Positions 37,449 through 46,055 of a DNA stretch of 64,000 nt are shown piece after piece. The stretch lies in IMG/VR virus record IMGVR_UViG_3300045988_121070; one strand, given 5' to 3'. Within the stretch, counting starts at the first letter, position 1; each line of letters starts with the position of its first letter. The notes beneath the pieces were generated by a model, which saw only the letters and a list, made by a program, of their open reading frames with translations, did not search any database and had not been told where the DNA came from. Both the position numbers and the translations under genes were made by a program. This DNA comes from a virus.

Positions 37449-37940
37449 TTAAGAGGTAGTGAGGGTGACGGGGTGAGACATCGAGAGCACCTTCACTTTC
37501 AGGAGGACGGACGAATTGGCTGACAGCTGTTCGTCGAGATCGATAGTGCTGCTGTTTGGCAATGCGTAGGACATATCCCTTGTGCCATCAGCATGAGTGT
37601 AAACACAGTGGAAGTCATGGCCTTGTAGTGCGTCAACAGCCCTTTCTGCAAGGGTTTTGTCATTTTTCATCGGGATTTGGAGGTCGTGCTTATAGACCGT
37701 TCCTGCCTGTTGGCGAGCCGTTGTCACCTTCAGGTTCGGGTTGTCGGATAATTCCGCCTCGTTATCGTCAGCAACAGACAGCGCCACCGACAGTGCCGGT
37801 GTGCCAGAGAAGAAGTTGTTTTCCACCAGCGACTGAATGTTGATGTTTGGCGGAATGGGAATAGAACATTGTGATGCCGGATAGATGTCGATGCGAACGA
37901 TATCATCCAGGCGCGACTCGCGGCAATTTTTTTCGTTCAT
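37449..37940 (-). CDS. Hypothetical protein
   Basis: 163 aa ORF. Confidence 0.55.
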   Translation of the reverse strand: MNEKNCRESRLDDIVRIDIYPASQCSIPIPPNINIQSLVENNFFSGTPALSVALSVADDNEAELSDNPNLKVTTARQQAGTVYKHDLQIPMKNDKTLAERAVDALQGHDFHCVYTHADGTRDMSYALPNSSTIDLDEQLSANSSVLLKVKVLSMSHPVTLTTS

Positions 37941-38075
37941 ACTTTTACTTTTTTTATGGGGTTATAACTCATCTGCAAGAGAACGTGACACGTTGTCAAC
38001 ATAAAAAACACGAAAATAGGGTTGTTTTTAATATTTTTTGTTGTATGATTTTGACATTTTTTACATTGAAAATTC

Positions 38076-38816
38076 TTATTTCTCATCATCATATTTAGGC
38101 AGTCCACCATAGCGCTCGTGTTTGTCGATGCGAGTAATGAGATCGTTGCCGATGATGGTAGGGTCCTGGACCAATCTCTTAGCCTCCTGTTTCCAGCGGT
38201 AGGACAGGCGGCGCAAGCCCTCGCGTTCGTTCTGGTTGTGCGACACAGGTATGTCGTATTCCATGAGAAAGCGCTCCAGTATTTCTACATTCGAGCGTTC
38301 GATATGATTTGCCTTTGCAAAAATCTCATTTTTTTCCACAAAGTCCATGTAACGGCGGATGAAGTTATTACGCAATATCTGGCGCAGTTGGTTAGCCGCA
38401 CGAGTATCGAGCGTGTAGGACTTGCTGATGCGTTGCACCCGTCCATCGATGAACACCTCACGCGGAACAGAGATACACAGGAACTCGTAAGCCTCCGTCT
38501 TTGTTTTGTTGGGCAGGCGTTCGAGGGTGCATATCTCGGCATAGGTTAGATAGTCGTCAGGATTGCGATTGATGATTGGTTTGCCACCGTTAGGCAGTCG
38601 GCCACGGAGCATGTTCTGCCATGAAGACTGAGAGTAACAAGAGGCACGATGCTGTTGTGCTTCAGGCACGATACGCAGTCCATTGGTGAGCACCACATAT
38701 TCCTCAGTATATTGTGAAAACTCGATAGGTGTGGTCATCGGTAGCGACTGACCATCGCCGACAGAGCGCATGAAAGCAGCGACATATTTAGATGTGCGCA
38801 GGTAGATGTTTGCCAT
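38076..38816 (-). CDS. Hypothetical protein
   Basis: ATG 38816 (MANIYLRTSKY...). The track start at 38837 overlaps the -7 box. Confidence 0.6.
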   Translation of the reverse strand: MANIYLRTSKYVAAFMRSVGDGQSLPMTTPIEFSQYTEEYVVLTNGLRIVPEAQQHRASCYSQSSWQNMLRGRLPNGGKPIINRNPDDYLTYAEICTLERLPNKTKTEAYEFLCISVPREVFIDGRVQRISKSYTLDTRAANQLRQILRNNFIRRYMDFVEKNEIFAKANHIERSNVEILERFLMEYDIPVSHNQNEREGLRRLSYRWKQEAKRLVQDPTIIGNDLITRIDKHERYGGLPKYDDEK

Positions 38817-38834
38817 AATTCCAATTTTATAATG

Positions 38835-38842
38835 CAAAGGTA
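38835..38842 (-). promoter_or_regulatory. -7 box TACCTTTG
   Basis: Matches TAnnTTTG, 19 nt upstream of ATG 38816. Confidence 0.45.
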
Positions 38843-38845
38843 AGA

Positions 38846-38866
38846 CCCGCTGACCAAATCAGCGGG
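38846..38866 (-). repeat. GC hairpin family copy
   Basis: cccgctgaccaaatcagcggg followed by caccctattc. Confidence 0.6.
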
Positions 38867-38870
38867 CACC

Positions 38871-39710
38871 CTATTCTTCTTCTTCGATTTTCAGTTTCAG
38901 TTCGTCACGGGTGATGTATTCGTTGCAGACAGCAGCAGGGAGGTAGGTATGGACGGTGAACGGATTAGCAGCCACGATGACCAATGTCTCACGGTTGTTA
39001 GCGCCCACCTCAGTCTGTGTGTCTTTCTTGATCCATGCGGTGACGATAGAACGAGCATCCTTGATGTCGTGTGCCCAGCAGACAAACTTACGTTTCTTGA
39101 CCCAGGCTTCTTTATTGTTGGTACCATCCACCCACATGTCAGCACGGGCATAGGTAGCCTGTACCTTGAACGGCATCTTTACAGGTGCATCCTTATCCTT
39201 TTCCAATGCCTCCTTTTCAGCCTGGATGTCAGCAGCTGTACGTCCGATGAAGGTGAGGTTGTCGAGCATTTCCACATCAAGGATATGGAATGAGGAAACA
39301 TGTTCGCCAAAGACCTCTTCTGTGGCACCCTCGGTGTAGTCGGTGGCAAGGTCGATAGCCTGGCGCATAGACTCCGCACGGCAGATAACCACACCCGTCT
39401 TAGAGCCGGATGACTTCATGGTGACTTTGACATGCACGAGGCGATAGAACTGGCGCAGTTCCTCGGCGCGTCCTGGAGTATTGGTGACGACGATTTCCTT
39501 GATGCCGTACTCCTCGATGTCCTTTACCATTTCAGAGTCCACGCGGGAGTCACGGTCATAGAGCACCTGGCTACGTTCGATGCTGATGATTTCCTGTGTG
39601 TCTTCATCCACAAAGTCCTCCATCCATTTCTTGCAGACATGTTCTGCGAGGAACATACCGATGCCGTCCTTTGGTGCGACGGTCTTTTTGAGATAATCTT
39701 TTCTGAGCAT
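38871..39710 (-). CDS. Hypothetical protein
   Basis: 279 aa ORF. Confidence 0.6.
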   Translation of the reverse strand: MLRKDYLKKTVAPKDGIGMFLAEHVCKKWMEDFVDEDTQEIISIERSQVLYDRDSRVDSEMVKDIEEYGIKEIVVTNTPGRAEELRQFYRLVHVKVTMKSSGSKTGVVICRAESMRQAIDLATDYTEGATEEVFGEHVSSFHILDVEMLDNLTFIGRTAADIQAEKEALEKDKDAPVKMPFKVQATYARADMWVDGTNNKEAWVKKRKFVCWAHDIKDARSIVTAWIKKDTQTEVGANNRETLVIVAANPFTVHTYLPAAVCNEYITRDELKLKIEEEE

Positions 39711-39727
39711 AACTGTTATTATTAGGA

Positions 39728-39747
39728 CCCAGCCGAGAACGGCTGGG
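39728..39747 (-). repeat. GC hairpin family copy
   Basis: cccagccgagaacggctggg followed by aggggttgcta. Confidence 0.7.
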
Positions 39748-39755
39748 AGGGGTTG

Positions 39756-39917
39756 CTATTCCTTGTTGCGGTGGCAGAATGCCTCACACCACATACGGCG
39801 GTTGACTGTTTCGCCCGTTGTGGGGCAGAAATAGCCACGCGGTTTTTTCGGTTCGCTGTTGGCGCATGTGGTGCAGTTGGTCGTTTCGGACCATCCATTG
39901 ACTATTGTTTCATTCAT
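39756..39917 (-). CDS. Small Cys-rich protein (53 aa, below the track cutoff)
   Basis: Hand translation: MNETIVNGWSETTNCTTCANSEPKKPRGYFCPTTGETVNRRMWCEAFCHRNKE. The start overlaps the stop of the upstream gene. Confidence 0.35.
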   Translation of the reverse strand: MNETIVNGWSETTNCTTCANSEPKKPRGYFCPTTGETVNRRMWCEAFCHRNKE

Positions 39918-40299
39918 AGAGTTTCTTCATTGCGTTACCCAATTCCTGTATGGCGGAAATGGTTTTTGTTATGGGTTTCTCGTTGGGAGAATCAGCGAGC
40001 ACTATTTTTTTCTGACAGAAGTCGGCAACGGCTTTTTCGAGACATGCGCCACGCGAAGTTTCGTAGTCTTTCATCAGATAGATAGCCTTGCAGAAGAATG
40101 CGAGGATCATGCAGTCGATGAATACCTGGAAACGATAAGGCATGATAGAGAAGAGCGGCTGGAACCAGCCGAACATCGTGGTAGGATTGACGGGTGTGTA
40201 GCCCAAGCAAAACACGATGTATTCTGCCATTCCAAAGCGATCCAGATAGTCGGTAGTGCCGGTGATGGGACCTGAGATATAGATACGGGGACGTTTCAT
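39910..40299 (-). CDS. DUF4406 / nucleoside 2-deoxyribosyltransferase-like protein
   Basis: The N-terminus MKRPRIYISGPITGT... matches the IYISGP(M/I)TG signature as I recall it. Confidence 0.55.
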   Translation of the reverse strand: MKRPRIYISGPITGTTDYLDRFGMAEYIVFCLGYTPVNPTTMFGWFQPLFSIMPYRFQVFIDCMILAFFCKAIYLMKDYETSRGACLEKAVADFCQKKIVLADSPNEKPITKTISAIQELGNAMKKLYE

Positions 40300-40694
40300 A
40301 GAGACATATCTTTAGACATTAACATAGAGAGACCAGCAACAATATCAAGAGCAGCTTCCATCATCTGTACGCCACCATGCAGGATTTGTGTGTAATAGGA
40401 AAGTTCCTTAAACTCTGGTGTATCTTTATCCATTGTTTTCAGTTTCTCAGCCATCTGCTTCAATGCAGTTGTAAGGAAACTTTTAGGCACTGATATATCC
40501 TTTAGGCATAGACTCAGTTGGCAGACATACATCAAGTAATCTGGCTTTGGCATAGAGACTGCAGGCTGCTGTTCTTTCAGCCGTTTGTAGTCTTGCAGCC
40601 AGGAGGCGAGTTGAGCATGGTCTAAGCCACACTCAGAGTCGGCGAGGATGTCGGCTTCGTCTATGCAGTGTTGTATTGCTTCGTCGAGTGTCAT
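40296..40694 (-). CDS. Hypothetical protein
   Basis: 132 aa ORF. Confidence 0.55.
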   Translation of the reverse strand: MTLDEAIQHCIDEADILADSECGLDHAQLASWLQDYKRLKEQQPAVSMPKPDYLMYVCQLSLCLKDISVPKSFLTTALKQMAEKLKTMDKDTPEFKELSYYTQILHGGVQMMEAALDIVAGLSMLMSKDMSL

Positions 40695-40701
40695 TGTTAT
40701 C

Positions 40702-40929
40702 TTATTTAGGGCAGCGATAGTATCGCTGCATACGGGACAATATTTTGTTTGTTTCTATCTCCAGTAGGTTAGCGACAGCCTGGTCACGAGTGGTAGCATA
40801 GCGAAAACGCTGTTTGCATCGCGAGCACTCGTAAAAGTGCTGTGTCTTTTTGTCGTAGTGGTGTACTTCGATAGGATGCAGCTTGTGACCGAGGATGATA
40901 CAGAGAACACGATGCCAATTCATATCCAT
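40702..40929 (-). CDS. Small zinc-ribbon-like protein
   Basis: 75 aa, H..H...CSRC. The C-terminus is encoded by PAL-A (SRMQRYYRCPK). Confidence 0.5.
   Translation of the reverse strand: MDMNWHRVLCIILGHKLHPIEVHHYDKKTQHFYECSRCKQRFRYATTRDQAVANLLEIETNKILSRMQRYYRCPK
40711..40738 (-). promoter_or_regulatory. PAL-A variant
   Basis: gcagcgatagtatcgctgcatacgggac. Confidence 0.6.
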
Positions 40930-41072
40930 GTATGACCATTAAAAGTTCTCGTAAAAACATGCGCGACACCATCAGGGTCGTAATAAAGTTTATACATCAC
41001 ATCGCCTTTTTGTGGCTTTGATGGCAGAACAGGTACATGGTACCCAGCAGGAGTCGTTACAAAATTACACAT
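40920..41072 (-). CDS. Small hypothetical protein (50 aa, below the track cutoff)
   Basis: Hand translation: MCNFVTTPAGYHVPVLPSKPQKGDVMYKLYYDPDGVAHVFTRTFNGHTWI. Start and stop overlap the neighbouring genes. Confidence 0.3.
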   Translation of the reverse strand: MCNFVTTPAGYHVPVLPSKPQKGDVMYKLYYDPDGVAHVFTRTFNGHTWI

Positions 41073-41073
41073 A

Positions 41074-41397
41074 TTATCTTATTTTTATACCTAAGTTACA
41101 TTCACCTGTAAAGATGCTGTTGACGCTGTTGTGCGAACATTCGGAACACATGGCACCATCGTCGTCTGGGAACGGACAGCCGAGAGAGGCGAGGTCTTTG
41201 CGCTCGATACCAGCATAAGGGTCGAAGCCCTTGCTGTTAATGCAGTGCTGAGTAGCGGGGTCGTCAGCGATTTCTTTGTCAGCACAGTGTGAACAGAGTT
41301 CGTGCGTATCATCGACCCACCAGCAATTACCATGTGTCGGGTTGTGACAGGGGTCGGTGTCTGTGCATCCGCATATTTTACATACTCCGTATGGCAT
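41074..41397 (-). CDS. Cys-rich hypothetical protein
   Basis: 107 aa with many CxxC pairs. Confidence 0.5.
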   Translation of the reverse strand: MPYGVCKICGCTDTDPCHNPTHGNCWWVDDTHELCSHCADKEIADDPATQHCINSKGFDPYAGIERKDLASLGCPFPDDDGAMCSECSHNSVNSIFTGECNLGIKIR

Positions 41398-41400
41398 ATT

Positions 41401-41890
41401 TTATCGATTTAGAATTAGATATTTACCTTGTATCGAGGATTGGCACAGGCGAGCGTCTGCTTCATAGCCGAAGGCGACGAGGACAGAACCGAAGAATGGG
41501 GAGCCGGTGGTGCCGTCTGGCTGAATGAACCTGATGCGGTGGCGCATGAAGATCAGCGACTTTGCCTTGGGGAAGATGACTTCCTGAAAGAGTAGGTTAT
41601 CAACCTGGTTCTTCAGTAAGGCGATACCATTGTTATGCTCTGCCAACTTCTCAACGAATGGACGCAGTAGGGAGCGGCTATATGGCGGGTTCATAAAGAC
41701 CAGTGCCGAGGAAGGCCATTCCTGAGCAAGCCCGTTTTGCTCCTTATTATACGATAGTGGCGCTATCTGATAGGGGGGGGGTAATTGGCGAACATGGGTC
41801 CAAATCAAATGGCCCCAACTCATCGATAACCCACTTTGGTGTGTACCACTCATCGGAACTTACTACGGGATTGCGCTGTGTCTTGTTCAT
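41401..41890 (-). CDS. Phage Dam-like N6-adenine DNA methyltransferase, split by a C9 tract
   Basis: From ATG 41890: MNKTQRNPVVSSDEWYTPKWVIDELGPFDLDPCSPITPP, then the tract at 41773-41781. The 41401..41853 frame continues PPYQIAPL...LVFMNPPYS. One C fewer joins the two frames. Confidence 0.7.
41773..41781 (-). repeat. Homopolymer: C9 on the coding strand (G9 on plus)
   Basis: Coding-strand context aattaCCCCCCCCCtatc. The frame is broken as sequenced. Confidence 0.9.
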
Positions 41891-41893
41891 TGC

Positions 41894-42115
41894 TTATCTT
41901 GAATTATAAAGTGTGAAAGTATCTGGAATAAAGTGGCAGAAGACCACTTGTTTTTTCTCGTCACAGCCGCCATAAAACGGGCAATCGTACTCCAACCACG
42001 AGCCGACATGAACTAAAGTCGGTCCTATTTTGCAGGTGTCACAAGTAGCCTTCATCCCATGCGGACAGGGAGTCTTACTACTTTTAGATTTCATCTTAAA
42101 CTTTATCTCCTCCAT
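41894..42115 (-). CDS. Small Cys-rich protein
   Basis: 73 aa ORF. Confidence 0.5.
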   Translation of the reverse strand: MEEIKFKMKSKSSKTPCPHGMKATCDTCKIGPTLVHVGSWLEYDCPFYGGCDEKKQVVFCHFIPDTFTLYNSR

Positions 42116-42350
42116 TCTCTTTTACTTCATCAGGATTGTAGGGTTGGCCACAGAAAGGGCAATACTTCGGATAGAGGTTAATGTCCTTTGGGTTCTTCGC
42201 ACGAGAGCCATCCCTTTTGCTGGGATAGTAATAACCAGTAACGACCATACGAGCGGTGCCGTCACTCATCAGCGCATAGTTAGCAAGAGCAGAGTCATTG
42301 AATTTCTCCTTCAGTTGCTTATTCCAGTTGTTAATACAATTACATGCCAT
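42096..42350 (-). CDS. Small hypothetical protein
   Basis: 84 aa ORF with a C-terminal CPFCG. Confidence 0.5.
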   Translation of the reverse strand: MACNCINNWNKQLKEKFNDSALANYALMSDGTARMVVTGYYYPSKRDGSRAKNPKDINLYPKYCPFCGQPYNPDEVKENGGDKV

Positions 42351-42597
42351 AATTTTTGCGTAAAAATTTGTCTAAGGATGCGAGAGAATTTTCTATTATA
42401 ATGATAACGATAGCCAATGCGCCAAAAAGACTGATGAAAGGAAGACAGGCAATCATCCAATCTCTCATATATGAAGAATGGAGGCGCTGACCATTTTTAA
42501 CCAGGCGAGAAATCTTCACAAGCTGGAATACTGATACTATAAGCATCGGTATCAAACAGCCGTAGAAGAGAATATCAAAAAACAAATCTTTCGTCAT
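42340..42597 (-). CDS. Small membrane protein
   Basis: 85 aa, two hydrophobic segments. Confidence 0.5.
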   Translation of the reverse strand: MTKDLFFDILFYGCLIPMLIVSVFQLVKISRLVKNGQRLHSSYMRDWMIACLPFISLFGALAIVIIIIENSLASLDKFLRKNYGM

Positions 42598-43186
42598 TTT
42601 TACTTAGGAGTTTGAAGGTGTAGGCCACGACTGTAGGGTTGCTTTCCCAGGTGCCTTTGCCACAGATACTGTTGAACATGTCGGCGAATGCTTCGCGGGG
42701 GTTACAGTGGACGTAGTGGAAGATATGGACGTGGTACTTACCGTTAGCGAGACGCTTACGTTTGATGTCTATCCAGGTATAGTCGCCCTCTTCGCCCGTT
42801 TCGAGGTTCCGGCATGGAACGTCACCATGAACGATACCCTCACGCATGATGTCGGCATCAGATATATCCTGAAGGAGCTGGTTGCGCTTCTCGATGATTT
42901 CTATACGATGCTGCATCAGTTCTGGACGCACGTAGAGTTTGTTTTCCCAGCCAGGGTGACGGGTAGGGTCTTCACAATCGAGTTCACGTTTTAGGCGATT
43001 GAGGTAGGCTTGTTTCTCTACATCAGGAAGACCGCGATAGATGAAACCGTAGGCTTCGGAAATAGCCAGGACTTCGCCCACGTCATACTGGCGATCTGTA
43101 GTCAGTCGGCGTGTGTTGTCCTTCAGTCCCTCAATGATAAGTTGGGTGAGAGCCTGACGGAAACGGATAGAGCGTAACTTATTCAT
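42575..43186 (-). CDS. ASCH-domain-like protein
   Basis: 203 aa. KDNTRR...VGEVLAI...LQDISDADIMREG resembles the ASCH pattern. Recollection only. Confidence 0.45.
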   Translation of the reverse strand: MNKLRSIRFRQALTQLIIEGLKDNTRRLTTDRQYDVGEVLAISEAYGFIYRGLPDVEKQAYLNRLKRELDCEDPTRHPGWENKLYVRPELMQHRIEIIEKRNQLLQDISDADIMREGIVHGDVPCRNLETGEEGDYTWIDIKRKRLANGKYHVHIFHYVHCNPREAFADMFNSICGKGTWESNPTVVAYTFKLLSKNDERFVF

Positions 43187-43746
43187 TGCTTTATCTTTTG
43201 CAGGCGTTCGTCAATAAATTCGAGGTCATCATCATGGTATGTCATACCATTCTCGGTGTTGTGCCACATATTATAGTATGTGGTGTGGAAGAAGTCGATG
43301 GGGTGATCATCGACCAGCACTTCCTCGTCGGTATCGATGACACGGGCACGGATTTTGGGCCAATCCTTTTTATGTGCCATGCGACGCATCCAGTCCTCGT
43401 GTTTCTGACGGATAGACTCAGGATTGCGCCACTTGCATTCGTCGCAGCGGTAGTGGCCCATTCCGTCGCAAGAGCCTTCAGGCGTACCTTTTTCGTAATC
43501 GTCACAGTCGAAGTCATCGGCAGGCGATGCCAGTACCCGCTGGTTATCTTTGCCAAAAGAGGGCTGCTGAATAATCATTACCTTGGGAGCCAGTTTGCTC
43601 ATGCCTTGCATGAAGCTGGTCATTACAGGCATAGGGCATGGTTCATTAGACATCCGTCGGATGTTGACCATAGCAAGGCTTTTGCCTTCGTCCTCTGTCA
43701 CAAGGTCGAGCGCTATATAGACGCGATAGTTTTTCTTGTTTGCCAT
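43183..43746 (-). CDS. Hypothetical protein
   Basis: 187 aa ORF. Confidence 0.55.
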   Translation of the reverse strand: MANKKNYRVYIALDLVTEDEGKSLAMVNIRRMSNEPCPMPVMTSFMQGMSKLAPKVMIIQQPSFGKDNQRVLASPADDFDCDDYEKGTPEGSCDGMGHYRCDECKWRNPESIRQKHEDWMRRMAHKKDWPKIRARVIDTDEEVLVDDHPIDFFHTTYYNMWHNTENGMTYHDDDLEFIDERLQKIKQ

Positions 43747-43748
43747 TG

Positions 43749-43994
43749 TTAATTCTTTAATATGAGCCGGAGAGCGAAAAGGGCGTTACCAGCATCGCCT
43801 ACACGGACTACTTCGTTATATACTCGTTCAAGACTTCGAGGATTGACCTCTTTAAACTTGTTCATTTCAGGGACGGTCAGTTTGTGACCTGCAATCGTAG
43901 CGATTTTGAAGATCATGGCGGTGCGGCTGAGACCGTTGCCTGCAAAGGGTGATTTTGCCCCCCCCTGATGCTTGGATGTTTGAAATATATTCAT
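43749..43994 (-). CDS. Small hypothetical protein containing an in-frame G8 tract
   Basis: 81 aa. KHQGGAKSPF is encoded across the tract at 43958-43965. Confidence 0.45.
   Translation of the reverse strand: MNIFQTSKHQGGAKSPFAGNGLSRTAMIFKIATIAGHKLTVPEMNKFKEVNPRSLERVYNEVVRVGDAGNALFALRLILKN
43958..43965 (-). repeat. Homopolymer: G8 on the coding strand
   Basis: Plus strand gattttgCCCCCCCCtgatg. In frame as sequenced. Confidence 0.9.
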
Positions 43995-44049
43995 GGGATT
44001 TTGAGGTTTTAAAGTCGCGATAAAATCGCGACATACAAGAAACGGGACA

Positions 44050-44412
44050 TTATTCGACTGGAATTACATTGGTAATGTCGTAGGCTTCACCACCTTTGCC
44101 AAAATCAACAGAGACACAACGGTCAGGACCACACCAGAAAACACCTGTATCGGCGAGAGTACCACGTTGTTTGCCAACCATGACCTTTTGACCTTTGCTT
44201 AACTTGCCGAACCATCGCTGTTGGAGAGTTTTACTCCAGATGACTTCAAGGCGTTTGCCGCTATGGTCGTAGTGTACTGCCATGCCACCGAAGGTTGGTT
44301 CAAGAGCTTCTACCTTTTCGACGATCTGACGTTTAGAGAGGACAACATCAAAGTCCAGTTTTGCCAGTAGTGCATCTGGCAGTTTTTTACGAATTGCTGT
44401 TATAGGTTCCAT
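44050..44412 (-). CDS. Hypothetical protein
   Basis: 120 aa ORF. Confidence 0.55.
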   Translation of the reverse strand: MEPITAIRKKLPDALLAKLDFDVVLSKRQIVEKVEALEPTFGGMAVHYDHSGKRLEVIWSKTLQQRWFGKLSKGQKVMVGKQRGTLADTGVFWCGPDRCVSVDFGKGGEAYDITNVIPVE

Positions 44413-44413
44413 A

Positions 44414-45181
44414 TTAAAATAATGTTTGTTGTGATAATTCTATTTTGATATTCTTCTCAGCCATTGCGAAATACTCAGGATGAATTTCAAAGCCAATGTA
44501 ATGGCTTTTCTCCTTGATAGCTGCTATGGCTGTTGTTCCGCTACCTATGAAAGGGTCGAGAATTACCCCCCCCCGTGGCACGAAAAAATGTATGAGCGTC
44601 TGAGGTAAAAGAAGCGGGAATGCTGCCCGATGCTTACCTTTGTGGTTCTTTCCAATTCTCAACACATTGGATAGTTTACCACGTTCAGCGTTCAATAGAG
44701 GAAACTGGCGGCCTTTACAGTCGTGCTTATCGAAAGCGATGATAAATTCATACTCACAGTTGAGCACTCCTGAGTGCATGGCCGGTTCAGACGATTTCTT
44801 ATCCCAGATAAGGATATCACGGATGCGGTCAGCATAGTGGCCAAAGATTTTCATCAGAGCCACCTTATTACCTGTTATCATCATTATGTTATAGAAGACA
44901 GGTCCATTGCTGACACGTAACATTTCGTCGATACACTGACATTGCCAGTTGAAATAGTCATCCATTGACATTGCATCATTCACACGGTTGTCGTAACGAT
45001 TAGCAGGGAGGCCGGTATAACCAAACGTCTCTCCTTTCGTCCATTTGGTATATTTACCAGAATGGATGCGTAGGCCGAAGTTATAAGGCGGTGAAGTGAT
45101 AACAGCATTTACGCTGTTATCCTCCATCTGCCTCATTCCTTCGAGACAATCCATGTTGTATATGGTGTCAATGTTCATCAT
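44414..45181 (-). CDS. N4-cytosine/N6-adenine DNA methyltransferase (beta class)
   Basis: From ATG 45181: MMNIDTIYNMDCLEGM...VITSPPYNF (motif IV) ... ILDPFIGSGTTAIAA (motif I). The track N-terminal extension to 45358 is an out-of-frame read through VR2. Confidence 0.8.
   Translation of the reverse strand: MMNIDTIYNMDCLEGMRQMEDNSVNAVITSPPYNFGLRIHSGKYTKWTKGETFGYTGLPANRYDNRVNDAMSMDDYFNWQCQCIDEMLRVSNGPVFYNIMMITGNKVALMKIFGHYADRIRDILIWDKKSSEPAMHSGVLNCEYEFIIAFDKHDCKGRQFPLLNAERGKLSNVLRIGKNHKGKHRAAFPLLLPQTLIHFFVPRGGVILDPFIGSGTTAIAAIKEKSHYIGFEIHPEYFAMAEKNIKIELSQQTLF
44566..44574 (-). repeat. Homopolymer: G9 on the coding strand
   Basis: Encodes PRGGV just before motif I. In frame as sequenced. Plus-strand context aattaCCCCCCCCCgtgg. 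Confidence 0.9.
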
Positions 45182-45182
45182 A

Positions 45183-46010
45183 TTACTTCTGCTCTTCAGG
45201 AATTGGTTTGAAGACCAGGGCCGACCATAGCGCAGCGAATTGGCGACCAGCGTATTTCGCAAGTTCGCTCGATTTGAAGGCCAGGCGAGCGCCGAAGCAC
45301 GCGTTCGAGCGCGAGAAACCGAGACTCGAGTCCGCAGCCGAAAGACCGCAGCGCGCACCGCTAGCCGCGAGACCCCCGACGATCAGCAGCTGTGCCTTAT
45401 CATCCTCACTCATTTCGTCTATCTCCTTCTGGGTATAGAGGTAGAAGTAAGGATAGTAGCGATATTCATCCTCAGTGAATTGTGGCACCCATCCTTCATT
45501 GAGGGCATAGGTGATGATGCGGAGCTGGATGTAAGCAAGCAGGTCAGGTGTACGTGGCGAATTAAACCAGAGGTCTATCATCAGTTCGTTAGCCAGTTTG
45601 TCGCCAGCCTGAGCACGGCGATTGAGGTCATTGCAAGCATCCTCAAAGGTCTTGATGCGTTCTGTGACGGGGCGGTTGTCTGGAGTTTCTGTTTCATCCG
45701 CAGGTATGATGCAAGACCAATCCTCTGCCAAAATATCCTCCCATGAGGGAATGTAGTAGGTGGCAGAAGCCGGTGTTTTACCGTCGTCTGTGAAGGTAAT
45801 CATAATCACCTGGTCGTGGTAGGATATTTCGCCACTTCCAACGGTGCTAATCTTTGGTTTGATAGATGCTGGCAGGGATGTCATCTTTGGCACCACATCC
45901 TTTGCTATACATTGGGGGATCTGCATGACGATTTCCTGATTGTCATGCCACGTAGAACGGGAGGCATGGCCACCCTTTTTCAGACATTCAATAACTGCTG
46001 GAAAATTCAT
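45183..46010 (-). CDS. DGR target protein 2: DUF2829-like N-terminal domain fused to a VR-bearing C-type-lectin/FGE-like domain
   Basis: From ATG 46010: MNFPAVIECLKKGGHASRSTWHDNQ...ATYYIPSWEDILAEDWSCI. The C-terminal GGLAASGARCGLSAADSSLGFSRSNACFGARLAFK is encoded by VR2. Confidence 0.8.
   Translation of the reverse strand: MNFPAVIECLKKGGHASRSTWHDNQEIVMQIPQCIAKDVVPKMTSLPASIKPKISTVGSGEISYHDQVIMITFTDDGKTPASATYYIPSWEDILAEDWSCIIPADETETPDNRPVTERIKTFEDACNDLNRRAQAGDKLANELMIDLWFNSPRTPDLLAYIQLRIITYALNEGWVPQFTEDEYRYYPYFYLYTQKEIDEMSEDDKAQLLIVGGLAASGARCGLSAADSSLGFSRSNACFGARLAFKSSELAKYAGRQFAALWSALVFKPIPEEQK
45276..45391 (-). repeat. DGR variable repeat 2 (VR2), about 20 kb from the TR
   Basis: Hand alignment to TR 24948-25063 gives 116 nt with 23 differences. 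22 are at coding-strand A of the TR. One is a non-adenine change. Confidence 0.85.
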
Positions 46011-46029
46011 ATTACTTTTGGTTATTAGA

Positions 46030-46049
46030 CCCCGCCGTTCTCGGCGGGG
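46030..46049 (-). repeat. GC hairpin family copy with inverted loop
   Basis: ccccgccgttctcggcgggg followed by catgggtta. Confidence 0.6.
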
Positions 46050-46055
46050 CATGGG

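Noticed and set aside
45182-45358. N-terminal extension of the 44414..45358 ORF (MRAAVFRLRTRVSVSRARTRAS...).
   Set aside because: This is an alternative-frame read through VR2 of the upstream gene. The methyltransferase motifs start at the internal MMNIDTIY (ATG 45181), just past the upstream TAA.
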